Counted from the first letter of the stretch, positions 40,033 to 53,555 are shown. The stretch is DNA of 64,000 bases from Octopus sinensis (GCF_006345805.1 NC_042998.1:106888001-106952000), one strand, 5' to 3'. The notes: generated by a model not told the origin, from the letters alone. Translations and numbers: made by a program.

Positions 40033-41261
40033 CATACATACATACATACATACATACATACATTCATACATACATGCATACATACATACATGCATACATA
40101 CATACATGCATGCGTGTATACAAACAAAATACCCTGTTGTTGATGTTGAATTTCCAATGAAGGAGCCTCAGATCTAGGTTAGAAAACAGTTCTTTCTCTA
40201 TTGGCAATACTCTTGAAATAAACAGAATAATGACATGCATACATACATACATACATACATACATGCATGCATACATATATGCATGCATACATACATGCAT
40301 ACATACATACATACATACATACATACATACATACATACATACATACATACATACATACATACATACATACATGCCTGTAAAATATTATGTACACACCAAG
40401 AATTCCACAATAGTTGTGTTCTACATGTAACAATTACCCATCATATTGTGCAAGCCTTATCAACTGTTTATTTGCAAGATATCATCAGCAATCAAGGCAT
40501 GAATCACTATCATACGGTTTTAGGCTTGCTCACCTTTAGGATTCGACATATTATTTTACCACAAAAACTATAATACAATAAAACATCATAAATGAATTTG
40601 CATTATAGCTGGCTTTTGGACTGCTGCTTGCATTGTAAGGGATATTTCAACTATTTTATCAGTACACATTCATGTACATATACATATATACATACATACA
40701 TACATACATACATATGTACGTACGTACATACATCGGTATGTATATAATATATATGTGCATGTGTGAGTGTGATCAGGCGTGTGTGCACTTGTGATATAAA
40801 GTGATTTGAGAGAGATTATTACTATAAACACGCACGGAAAATATAGATAATCGTAAACATGTTGGCGCATGTATGTATCTTTGTAGATATATTCAAAACA
40901 ACAAACAATATTTCTCTATTGTATGCCTTCGTTTAAAAACATAAGGTGTGATCGCTCGACGACCGTGTGTGTGTGTGTGTGTGTGTCTGTGTGTGCGTGC
41001 GTGTGTGTGTGAGTGTGTTTGTGTGTAATTGAGTGTGTGCGCGCGCGTGTGTACACACATGTTTATATATATAGACAGATAGATAGAGAGAGAGAGAAAG
41101 AGAGAGAGAGAGAAAGTGAGATTGAAAATAAATATACACACAAATTCACACACAAATATATATATATATATATATATATATGCTGTGTGCGTACATGTGC
41201 GTGTGCGTGTGCATGAATATATATATGTATATATATGTGTGTGTGTGTGCATACTTATTGG

Positions 41262-41310
<49 letters not shown>

Positions 41311-41796
41311 ATGTATATTTGCATGTATGTATATATACGCACACATTCTCACATATAGTAATATGTATGCATGAGCGTGCATGCGTGTATGCGTGTATGT
41401 ATTTTATTAATCGGATTGTTTTGGTCTTCTAAATTTCTTCAAATTTCGAATTTCCTTTGAATGCTTCAAACGTCATTTGAAGAAAGAAATATATTTATAC
41501 TGTAACACATCAAGCCATGATGATCAGAGGTAATTCTAGTAAACTCTTTTATGTAATATCAACTGCTTTCATCTCCGTGACACAATGAATCTTGCTGTCA
41601 ATTTGTCTACTGACTGGCGGGAATATCTGAATTCTGCTACTATAACCTGGCCTTTGGGCTTCGACAGAAACATTCGATATATCTGTTCGTCTGTCTATTC
41701 AACATTGCTTATGTTTCTCTTTGACAAAGATTTTTAATCGAAAATTGAGATAATGTACAATAAAAACAAATTTATTTATTACAATATTTTGGACCT

Positions 41797-41797
<1 letters not shown>

Positions 41798-41841
<44 letters not shown>

Positions 41842-41848
41842 ATATATG

Positions 41849-41880
<32 letters not shown>

Positions 41881-42026
41881 CATATATATATGATATATAT
41901 AGACATATATATATATATATACATATATATATGTATATATATATATATACATATATATACATATATATATGTATATATATATACATATATATACATATAT
42001 ATATACATATATATCTACATATATAC

Positions 42027-42065
<39 letters not shown>

Positions 42066-42111
42066 CTATATATATATATATATATATATATAATACATAT
42101 ATATATATATG

Positions 42112-42159
<48 letters not shown>

Positions 42160-42188
42160 TATATACATATATATATACATATATATAC

Positions 42189-42248
<60 letters not shown>

Positions 42249-42275
42249 GAGAGAGAGAGAGAGAGAGAGAGAGGT
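41798..42275. repeat. Long (TA)n/(TACA) microsatellite followed by (GA)n
   Basis: Directly visible. Representative of dozens of (TA)n, (TACA)n, (GATA)n, (CA)n and (GA)n tracts across the window. Confidence 0.98.
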
Positions 42276-42577
42276 AGATAAATGATATAAAATGAATTAA
42301 CGAAGTTCTTTATTTAAAATCCCTACAATCGTTTAGGCATACTTTTACATGCGTAGCATATTGGTCAAATGTTGTATTATTCTTATCATCCACCCAAGGA
42401 GTAAAATGCGCCTCCTCAGGTGATTGCTTAAATAAGTCCTTCGATAGATTCTAAAGCTATTTCACTCCATGTAGGCATCCTCATACTGTGTAGGATCTTA
42501 CGAAGAGCTTATTTAAACAATCCCCTGTATCAACTTAATGTCATGTACAATGAGGTAGACACAGTGTAGACTCTGCA

Positions 42578-43091
42578 ATTATAATGGTTATTGACAATTT
42601 TTGTCTTTTTTTCGGCATATTTGGCATTAGAATTTTTCCTTCGCCCTTATCTTGTAAATTATTTAAAAATTTAACCTTTAAAGGTATTTTTTGATATGCT
42701 GGCCATTGATAAATTTTTTTTCCCGAAAATAATTTTATCCTACATTGGTTATAAATTTAATAGTGTTCACTTCCGGATTCTCTCACTCTGTGAAAGTTTC
42801 TAGTTCGAATCACACGTGTCTCGAGATGTGCCAAAGATTTTCTATTTTGGATATATTTGGGGTACTTAGGTCTGCTCAGGACTTAGTGCTTGCTTTTTCC
42901 ATGGGTATGAGTAAGTATTTCACTTATATCTCACGTATTTATCGATGAAGAGGGGAAAATTCTTATGAATTAACCCTGAAATTGGACCAATACGGTAATA
43001 ACGGATTTTTTAGAAATTTCGATCGGTTTGTTTTGAGACGCATAAATTATAATGGTTATTGAAAATTTTGTCTTCTGTTGCCCTTATCTTT

Positions 43092-43100
<9 letters not shown>
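42578..43100 (+). mobile_element. Penelope pseudo-LTR, same family as 2891-3628, with decayed hammerhead at 42942-42998
   Basis: Reverse-complement similarity to 3040-3490. Short terminal direct repeat AATTATAATGGTTATTGA at ~42578 and ~43045. Confidence 0.75.
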
Positions 43101-43144
<44 letters not shown>

Positions 43145-43203
43145 CGGAGATGTACCTGCATAGCAAGTGATCTGATCTGAGATCGTGTGCTGAAACGAAA
43201 ACA

Positions 43204-43392
43204 ATTGCAGCGTGGAAGGTGTTTGTAAGCTCGCGACCTGTTCACTGGCAAAAATCAATGCAGCACCGATTTTTGTCAGTGAACAGGTCGCGGTCTTAAA
43301 GCGACGAAAATATTTTGACAAATTAAATGTCAAAGTGAATCGAACGGCTTTTGTGTGTTTCTTAAATGGCTTACAAACACCTTCACGCTGCA

Positions 43393-43394
<2 letters not shown>
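43204..43394. repeat. Nested inverted repeat
   Basis: Outer arms 43204-43230/43369-43394, inner arms 43232-43256/43268-43292, 76-bp extra segment on the right side only. Confidence 0.85.
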
Positions 43395-43466
<72 letters not shown>

Positions 43467-43590
43467 GGGAGAGTTTACGAAAAAAACAAAAGACGAAGAC
43501 AGATGGTGTACAAACAAACAGATGTATTAGTATAACGCTCAGGAATAGAAAAAGTCTTTGCGTTTCGAGCCTACGTTCTTCTACAGAAAG

Positions 43591-43640
<50 letters not shown>

Positions 43641-43642
<2 letters not shown>

Positions 43643-43981
43643 GTAAAATATGAAAAATCAACGAAAATGCATATTGCAAATAGAAAAAGGCTATTAATGA
43701 CAGGTAGTGACAAATATATACATTTAGATTGACTGAGGTAGTAATACGAACCAGTGGTTTACGCGAAGGCTATTCACAGCTGATGAATAGCCTTCGCGTA
43801 AACCACTGGTTCGTTTCGTTCTCTTACTTTATTATCATCCCATAATCATCTCATAATAATGACCTTTATGACTCGTATTACTACCTCAGTCAATCTAAAT
43901 GTATATATTTGCCACTACCTGTCATAAATAGCCTTTTTCTGTTTGCAATATGCATTTTCGTTGATTTTTCATATTTTACCC
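43641..43981. repeat. Nested inverted repeat with perfect 31-bp inner hairpin
   Basis: Inner arms 43746-43776/43784-43814 (perfect), outer arms 43641-43749/43873-43981, 58-bp extra segment on the right side only. Confidence 0.9.
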
Positions 43982-44179
43982 TTACATTTCCACGTGTATT
44001 TTATATTTTCTTTTCGTAACATATTTCTACTATATATATATAATATATATATATACATACATAAATACATACATATATATATATACATATACACACACAC
44101 GCATACACATACACACACACATAACACACACACATATATACATATATATATATTATATATAGATATATATATACATACC

Positions 44180-44411
44180 TATTTCTTTATTACCCACAAG
44201 GGGCTAAATATAGAGGGGACAAACAAGGACAGACATAGGTATTAAGTCGATTACATCGACCCCAGTGCGTAACTGGTACTTAATTTATCGACCCCGAAAG
44301 GATGAAAGGTAAAGTCAACCTCGGCGGAATTTGAACTCACAACGTAACGACAAACGAAATACCGTTAAGCATTTCGCCCGGCGTGCTAACGTCTCTGCCA
44401 GCTCATCGCCT
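44180..44411 (-). mobile_element. tRNA-derived SINE, family A (LINE-like tail variant), full length
   Basis: Head GGCGATGAGCTGGCAGAGACGTTAGC, B-box GAGTTCAAATTCC, tail ending GTGGGTAATAAAGAAATA. Confidence 0.9.
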
Positions 44412-44559
44412 ATTCTGCTACATATATACCATTCTGCCTAAAAAATGGATCAACAACTTCAATATCCCTACCTATCTCACATCTATTTTCTTTCCCCCAC
44501 CTCACTCTCTATTTTGTATCCTATCTAAACTAACTATTACTTAACCATCCTCTCACACC

Positions 44560-44611
44560 GTCTCCGATGAAGGGATATAATTAATATATATCCTGGAAAC
44601 AGCTGTAAGAC
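44560..44611 (+). ncRNA. Hammerhead variant (CCGAUGA core) in Penelope-like pseudo-LTR (~44412-44670)
   Basis: GTCT-CCGATGA-A-GGGATATA..TATATCCT-G-GAA-ACAGCTGT-A-AGAC: 4-bp stem I, palindromic stem III, GUA triplet. Confidence 0.6.
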
Positions 44612-45769
44612 ATTATATCTAAAAATGTTCTAATATCTACACAGCCTTGGTTTTTTATCTCATCACGCAAAAAATTCTTATATATACATACATACATACA
44701 TACACGCATATATATACCAAGCTTGTATTAATGACAAGCACTTTAGAGTATGCCATATTTAATTATAACCTTTTTTTGTGAAAAGAATATTTTCAAAAAT
44801 ATATTAAAACATGTGCAAACATGTCTGTTGAGTGATGTATTTCTCTCTCACTTTCTCTTTCTCTTTTTTCTCTCTCTCTCCCTCTTCCTCTTTTTTTCTC
44901 TTTCTCTCTCTCTCACTTTCAGTGTTTGTGTACATGTGTGCATACATCTGTTCAGAAAGATATACCTATATATGTGTGTACATACGTGTGTACTTATCTG
45001 TGTGCGCGTGTGAGTGTGCATGTGTGTGTGTTTGTGTATGTTTGAGTGTGTGCTTGAGTGTGTGTGTGTGTGTGTTTACAAGAATATACTCATATACAAA
45101 TAAAGGTTTATATGAAAGTGCAAATACTGAACAATAAATGGAAATTAGTGAATTTCAAATTACAAAGAGATTGCTTTCTGTTCGTTATGATTGATCTCTA
45201 CTGCGTGAAATTGATTTTGCTTTAGAAATTCCTAAAACTTGATAAATAATTATTTAGAATAGGTATAAACAGCAAGAAACATACGAGAATAAAACATCAT
45301 TCTTATCTACGTATTTAAATATACGTCTGATTGCAACTGCGTAGTATTTGAGTTTCATATATGTCTATGTATGTATGTATATGTGTGTGTGTGTGTGTCT
45401 GTGTGTCTGTGTGTCTGTGTGTGTCTGTGTGTCTGTGTGTATATGTGTAGATATATACGAATGCATGTATACACGTACATACAAAGATGCGTACGTACAT
45501 ACATATATATATATATATCTATAAATATATATGCACGAATATATATATATATTTGTATGTATGTATGTATGTATGTATGTATGTGTGCATGTATGTATGT
45601 ATGCATGTATATATGTATGTATGCATGCATGCATGCATGCATGCATGCATGCATGTATGTATGTATGTATGTATGTATGTATGTATGTATGTATGTATGT
45701 ATGTATGTATGTATGTATGCGTGTGTGTGCGTGTATGTAAACATGCCTGGTCACTCTTAGTGCAACTGG

Positions 45770-46200
45770 TAACATGTAACTCAGTGCAACCCCTGCGTGG
45801 TCGATTCGTCAGCGACAAGCTCGGCAATCTTGTCAAGCCTGCTTGGCAAGGACAACAGTTTTCGTTGGACAGCGCAGTATAGAATAAAAGAACCCTGTCA
45901 AATGGCGGATGAACTCAGTTGAGTCAATGCCATCCACCAGCCTGGAGTGAGAGACCCTTAGTCTTTGTTTAGACACCTCTCTAGGAGAAAGAAAACTCTG
46001 ATGTAACGCCTTGCGACTTCAATTACAATCCAAGATATAAACTGGTTCTTCTGATTGAGCAAATACATACATTGGTAAGAGAGTGTCAATACTTCATTAT
46101 TGACTCAATTAAAAAGAATTTCATGATGGACTGAAGGCTTGTGTCAGCGTGGATAATAAGCTCTCTGAACTCCTACTGCGAGAGGTGCCCATCATTTCTT
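45770..46200 (+). mobile_element. RTE-like LINE remnant (5' UTR-like segment plus RT fragment)
   Basis: FHDGLKACVSVDNKLSE near 46102 resembles the RTE RT motif xHxGMxAxV...SE. Upstream GC-richer block resembles RTE 5' regions. Confidence 0.45.
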
Positions 46201-46306
46201 TGTCTGTGCAAAAGAATGTACTTCCCTGGCAGAAATTAAAAGTCACATCCATGCTGCTTATATTTAAGAGAATAATCAAGCGAAATAAAGTTGCAGTTAT
46301 CATGTA

Positions 46307-46378
46307 CGAGGGGTTGCTGAAAAGTTCCCGGCTTTAAGGGTATTGCGAAAGGCCTGGCTGCAGACCCAAGCTTCCGTG
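46307..46378 (+). mobile_element. Solo mariner-type TIR
   Basis: TA|CGAGGGGTTGCTGAAAAGTTCCCGGCTTT. No partner end found. Confidence 0.55.
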
Positions 46379-48659
46379 TTTTTTACTGGTGGTGCTGGTG
46401 CTGGTGCAGGTGGTGGTGGTGGTGGTGCTGGTGGTGGTGGTGTTGGCGGTGGTTATGAAGGTAGTATTCATTATTCGTTATAGTGGTTGCAGTGGCTGTA
46501 GAATTGATGGTAGAGGTTTTAAAGGTGGCAGAAGAAGTGTCGTTATTCAAAAGATGGGAGAGACTGGGAGAAAGAGAAGAAATAATAAAGCATGTGAGTT
46601 AGTGAGAATTATGAAGGAAATTAAGTAAGAGTGAGTAGGAGCGAAGATTAGTTTTCAAATATAAGACAGAGAAACTGCTCGACTTCGGACTGCAGAAGTT
46701 AAACTGGGATTATCCCAAGACGTCAATACTCGATGAGAATTGGAAAGTAGTTCTACAAAAGAAGACAAATGAGAAGAAACAGAAGCAAGGCTTGAAAAAA
46801 AATAACGAATAAGAATTACTAAAAGTTGACAAAATGAAATGAGAAAATGAGCAAGTCTTAACAGAAATATGAAATATTTCTCAAAAAAGACAAAAATATA
46901 AGAAAAACATCCTTGTCAATTTTGACTAGTACGACATAAGTATCTGCCCCTTTTATCTATTTTTCTATATTTATCTATTTGTACATGTATGTATATATGC
47001 TCACACACATACGTACACATATGTACATACGTATATTTCTTGATATGTTGTCATATGATCTTGTAAATGGACGCGTTATATGCATGCTTTTGTTAGAAGC
47101 AATAGATATTTATGATTACATATATGATGTTACACACATACATATTTGCATGCATTTGAGTATGTATAAATTTATGACTTATGAAGGGTATGGTCGAACT
47201 AAATATGTATTACTTATTTCGCCATTAAATACTCCGCAAAAATTCCATTAGTCATACATTGAAATATCTTTATTTTATTTTCATGTAATTTGATTTCCAT
47301 TTTGTGTATAGATTCTAAATGCCAAATATTTAAAACCACAAAATTATTATTATCAATGCAACAGCTTCCTACTGAACAAACTATATTAAGGAGTCGATAT
47401 ACATTGCGGTAAGTTTTTTCCCTCAATGAATTTGCTCAACAATGTGGCACTGGCAACCAGGAATGAAATTTAATCCCATAGAAGAGAGTGTTTAAATCCG
47501 TTAGAATATGTGTTTTGTTGGCATGATTCTAGATCTGAATAAGACTGGAAAACTGACACTATTTTCATCTCAATGCTCTCTTGACGACCGAAATTCAGTT
47601 CTTTAGCAGAATAATGTCGCATCCAGCCATCATATCCGAAGTAGTTAAACATGAGTTCGATCGCCTTCTCCACGAAACTCTGCTTTACAAGGGTTCAGTC
47701 TATATTGTCCTGGCGAATTCAAGATACATTTTTCAAGATACATCTATTTAGCTCGAACTGGATCATGTGCGAACAGTTGCTACCTTTAGCCTGGATCTGT
47801 TGAACCTAGCTTTGCTCGATGTCAATTGCTACCATTTGCCAGTTTACCGTCGAGAGTCTCTGATGAATGATGTCGTCTCCTGGGGGCGTTTCCATCGCTC
47901 TTAAACTTTCAAGCAGATCACAGAGCTCGCCAATGTCTCTGTAGACAAAACATAACCTATCCTTCTACCACTCCTATAAATGAGTACCATTGTTCCTCAA
48001 CAAAATTGCTTCTACGAGATTATCTGAAACGCTAGAAATAGCAGCCAAATTGCCTTCAAATCACACGCTTTTCAGTCTTAGAATGGTACACTGGATTATG
48101 CAGACCCGGGTAATCTATGCCCGGAGAGAAAAAAAAACTGGATGGCAACGGCTAGAACGACTTTGACTATAGGTCTGTTCTATCTCATTGGATGCTTTTA
48201 TTGGGGGCCATTTTTGGAAGAAATCGAACCCAATCTTTGAATGTCTGTGAATGACTTCCGTTCTACTTTCAATCAGTCTTAGTGGTTCTAAGAATAGGGC
48301 TCTGGGTGCAGCACATAAAGCAAAAATGAAAAAATATCAGGACAAAATGGAGACTCCACTAGTACTCTTTATACATTTCTTGTCTTTACACCACTTCTAT
48401 AAATGAGGTTCCTAAATGATAAATCAATGATTGTTCTATGATTCTAAAACTGAATTGATTGTGCGCCATCTCTATAGCAATGATTACTAATGATATTAAT
48501 AACAGAGGATGAAATAAAAGTCCCCATCATTAAATTGAATACTAACGCAATATGTTATTATTTTTTAAAACTAGAATTAATTTATCAGACGACAATGTTA
48601 CACGCTAATGTTATCTTCAAAAATCATTATGCTTAATGGGCTCCTTGCTATTTTGGCTT

Positions 48660-49004
48660 TGGATTTGCTGTTGCTCTTCTTCTTCGTCTTCTTCTCCTTC
48701 TTCTTCCTTTTCACCTCCTTTTTCTTCTCTTTTCTCCCTCCTTCTTTCCTCTCCTTCTTCTTCTTCTTCTTCGTTTCCCTCCTCCTCTTTTTCTTCTTAT
48801 CCTTCTCTTTTTTCTTCTCCTCGTCCTTTTTTCTCCTTCTCCTTTCCTTCCCTTCTTCTTCTTCTTTTCCTCCTCCTCCTCCTATTTCTTCATTTTCATC
48901 TTCTCCTCCTTCTTTTTCTCTGTTTTCCTTCACACCTCTTCATTTCCTTTTTTATTTCTTTCTGTCATTCTTCTTGATGATTAATAATAATAATAACGAT
49001 AATA

Positions 49005-49069
<65 letters not shown>

Positions 49070-49083
49070 TATTATTATTATTA

Positions 49084-49116
<33 letters not shown>
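48660..49116. repeat. (CTT)-rich polypyrimidine tract followed by (AAT)n/(ATT)n
   Basis: Directly visible. Confidence 0.95.
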
Positions 49117-49117
<1 letters not shown>

Positions 49118-50192
49118 TTAATGTTTTCACTTTTCGAACTCGTCAATTTGTCCGCTATCTCTTTATCTTCCTACCACCTCTCTCTCTCTCTCTTTTAATG
49201 CCGACTTACCACGTATCTGATGGTGATAATGTGTTGTAAAAGGAATAAGAACCATTAAACTGTAAAATCTTCATCGAATTTTTTTTTTGTTTTCGCTCTG
49301 GTTTCAGTGATTGCACTGTATCCATGGTGTTTGTTGCACTAGCTTGAAGGTTTATCTGATTATATCGACCTCAGTACTTTGTAAGAAAGAAAAAAGAAAG
49401 AGGCAGAAAAAAAAGAACAATATCTTAATCTGTAATTTTCCTTTTTCATTATCATCATCTGTGCAAACAAAACAACAAACAGTTTGAAATGTTTATTGAA
49501 AAGGCGAATATTATGGATACTGTGCACTCTAAGGGGAATGTATGGTACACAGGTAGCTGACCGAACGACGACAAGGTGCAACCTATAGGCCTATATCTTA
49601 TCTCTTATACAACGTCTCTGTTCAGGTGAAGAGTATTACGCAAGTTTAGACATATCGTGATGAGTCGTATGCGCTACAGTGTGACAACAGACTGGATGAA
49701 GGCTTTGAATGACCCGTCTGTCTCTTATGTTCGTCCCTTCGTGTATTTCACGTTATTTATTTATGTAAAGGTTTATATATATCACGATCACGTGACCGAC
49801 CAGTCCATCAGATGTAGTTACACATCGCTGGTCACAATGCGTTCGCATTGTTTTAGCCTTCGAATGACGCCACCCCGCTGGCTAAGCGAGCAGGCCAACA
49901 GAAGAAATATATCACTCTCTTCACTACCCAATCTGTTTCTTTTGATGCTCGTAGTTTCTTAGAAGGAGCCATAGATGAAATGGACAAGGCGGACTTGATC
50001 AGAGAGATGTTGGTATCGGTGCCATAATTACCATTACCTAAGAATCTAAAAATTGCGCTTCAGTCACTACAGGAGATCAAACAATTTTATGGATCTTCAT
50101 GATATCCATCTGTTAATTTCAAATGTTTGAGAGCAGGTTTAAAAACGGAAGACGTGGAACGGTAAATAAAAGTAATAAGGAAGGACCAGAAG

Positions 50193-50240
<48 letters not shown>

Positions 50241-52006
50241 AACTACTACTACTACTACTACAACTACTACTGTTGGTAGTAATTTCTATTTTAGGTTCAA
50301 GGCTAACAAGTTAGAGGGAGAAGTTAGTCAATTAAATTGACATCAATTCTTAGCTGCTACACTATTTTATCGACCTCTGGGGGATGAAAAACAATGCTGA
50401 TCTCGACGGGATTTAAACTAAAAGCACAAAGAATACTACAAAGCATGTTGCCCAATACACTAATGATTCTGCTAATCCACTGCCCTATTGATAATAACAA
50501 TTATAACAATAACTGTGTCCAACATAGGTACCTGGCCTGAAATTTGGTTGGGGTTGTTAGTCTTTATCATCGACCGCAATGCTTAACCGATACTTAATTT
50601 TATCAACCTCGAGGTTGCCATGCAGGGCATAAAAATCAGAACACAGAAGTGAAATAACAACCCACGCTACTGACATAACAACAATAAAAAAAACAATTTC
50701 TTCATTTGTCACAAAGGTCACAGATGATTAGAAATTATTATGACAAATAAGCGGGGATGGTGGATGTTGCTTGGAATCGAGTATGAGAAAATAGACACAG
50801 CATTTAATACGACCTTTTATAAGATCATTTATTACGGTTACGATACTGTAGCTGAACGAACAACAAGGTGCAACCCATAGCCTATCTTCCCAATTATACA
50901 TCTCAGTTTAAATGAGCATTATGCAAATTTAGATATATCGCGATGAATCGTATGGGCCAGTGTGACGACAGATTGGATATATATCACTCTCTTCACTACC
51001 TAGTCTATTTCTTACTCAGGTATTGCGTGAGTTTGAGCATGTCTTCGTGAAGGATTTCTAATCTCTTTCCTATCTTTTACCCGAGCTTACATTTTATTTT
51101 TCACCGCCATTTTTTTTTCTTATTGCTCCTCACAATTTGTTATCCTTCTCCAGTTTCCATCTCTTCCCTATCAATTCATATTGATGAGATGGTATTGCTG
51201 CTTGACACCCCTGGTCAGTTCTCGTTTGAATAATTAATCCTCTCTTCCTTCCGGTGATCTTTGGCCCATAGTATTGATGGGAGAGGCGAGCATGTTTGAT
51301 TTTGCTCTGGATATACCAGAAATTGAGACTGATGCTACTCCTGAAAAGCGGTAGCAGCATCCAAGATCTTCATCTCTGATATTCCCTTTAGTGAAACCAC
51401 ACAGTTATTTGCACCCATTCTTTTTCTTTTGTTTTTCAATTCTGGGCAGAAGGTCTTTAAATAGTATTTACTTATATATGTTTAGAAACTGGATCTTTTA
51501 CACAACACTACACCCTGATGGACCTTCTCTCTGCTCTCTCAATGAACACCAGCCCCCAGAGAACCAGTACCTAGATGACAATGCAGAACCACCCAACTAC
51601 ATGTCTTTTTTCCGAGTACATAAAGAAGCACCCTCTATTTTTTTTTTACAAGCATTATTATTTCACCTTCTGCCTTTTCTGGATAAATTCGTCAGCCACG
51701 GAGGAACTCTGTTTAATTTACAACTTATCAAAAGATGGAATGTTATCGTTGTTGTTGTTGATGATGATGTTCATGTTGTTGTTGTTGTTGTTGTTATTGC
51801 TGTTAGTGGTGATACTTCTCGTACATTTTTCGTTCAAATTAATATTTTCAAAACTTATTTTTTGTGTCTTCCATTGCAGAACTGGAGGCCTTTAATGATG
51901 AAACTGTGCTTGTATGTTTGATCATTTCATTACCTTTTATAAAAACAAAAAAAATGAAATAAAACAAAAAGTTTGAAATGCCTAAAAAAATAACATTAAC
52001 AACAAC

Positions 52007-52063
<57 letters not shown>

Positions 52064-52101
52064 TTTTTTCTTTACTACCCACAATGGGCTAAACACAGAG
52101 G

Positions 52102-52201
52102 NNNNNNNNNNNNNNNNNNNNNNNNNNNNNNNNNNNNNNNNNNNNNNNNNNNNNNNNNNNNNNNNNNNNNNNNNNNNNNNNNNNNNNNNNNNNNNNNNNN
52201 N
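52102..52201. other. Assembly gap (100 N)
   Basis: Run of N that interrupts a SINE tail beginning at ~52065. Confidence 1.
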
Positions 52202-52220
52202 ACTATTCACACATATATAT

Positions 52221-52265
<45 letters not shown>

Positions 52266-52751
52266 TACCACCATACATACGCACACAATGAATTAATAAA
52301 AACGACACAGCGTAGGATAAGCAGGAATGAGAATAAGAATAATATTGGGACAAATGATTCATAAAATGAAGAGAGAGAGAGAGAGATGGGGCGGGGGCGT
52401 ATAAAGCAGAACGGACATGGTTTTACATTATAGAATACTAGTATCATTAATCACGCACATGTTTCTATAGTTACCGTATCATTTGAATTAGTTGCACAAC
52501 GGATGTAATAAATGATTTTGTATTGAGACCTGACAACAACCCTATGTGATTATCAAAATATCTGATACGAATCGACGTTATGTATCGATATGGGGCACCA
52601 TCGCACCACATACTAATCGATTAGATCAGTTACATATTAGGGATTCTCATCGCCCTGATGTAAAACACTCGGCAGCTGTACAGTTTTTCACGATACTTAC
52701 ATGAAAAATGTTGTTGCTGTCTTCTAACTCCAAAGCAACCTGATCCAAGAG

Positions 52752-52932
52752 ACCTATTATGGCTTCAAATTTTGGTAAAAGGCCAACAATTTCGGGAGGG
52801 GTTCAGTCGATTACATCGACCCCAGTGCTAAACTGAAACTTATTTAATCGATCCTAAAACGATAAAAGGAAAACTCAATATGAACTAAGCATTTTGCTCT
52901 GCGCGCTAACGATTCTACCAGCTCGCTGCCTT
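52752..52932 (-). mobile_element. tRNA-derived SINE, family A (degenerate)
   Basis: GTCGATTACATCGACCCCAGT core and CCAGCTCGCTGCCTT head end. Confidence 0.75.
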
Positions 52933-53237
52933 TAAAGAAATCTAAAATAAAATTACTTTCTAACCAAGAAACTCGTCACTTCGTCTTTTGTTTAAAGGCA
53001 GAGTGTTCTAGAAAAACATTTCTTAATGCATCCTTCTTTCTAATCTAGGATATAACATGAGGAGATTTGTTTGCTATCTCTGAGATGGTGAGAGACCTCG
53101 TTCACGTTACTCCGTTAACTTGCAGAGCTTTCTAAGTTGGCTCAGGAATTTTCCTTGTTGAATTCATAGAGGCTCCCTGAGCTTAATGAATGCACTGGAT
53201 GCAAGTTAAATGAATTGGTCATTAACACAATGCATTG

Positions 53238-53335
<98 letters not shown>

Positions 53336-53508
53336 TACTCAATGAATTGAGTATGTTTTCAACAAACATCGTCAAAAAAGTGGAGTTTTCCGAGGGTGAA
53401 ATACAACTGTGATTAAAATATTCGCCTTCAAATCTGCCGGAAAATGTTCAGAATGAATATGCTTACATCATTATGATTCGCAATATATATGTGTGTTTGT
53501 GTGTGTGT

Positions 53509-53553
<45 letters not shown>

Positions 53554-53555
53554 TG

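Noticed and set aside
48598-49198. Long Lys/Glu-rich and Phe/Ser/Asn-rich ORFs
   Set aside because: Products of (CTT)n and (AAT)n tracts.
51391-51921. 176-aa ORF
   Set aside because: GTG start, partly built from a (GTT)n tract, no motif.
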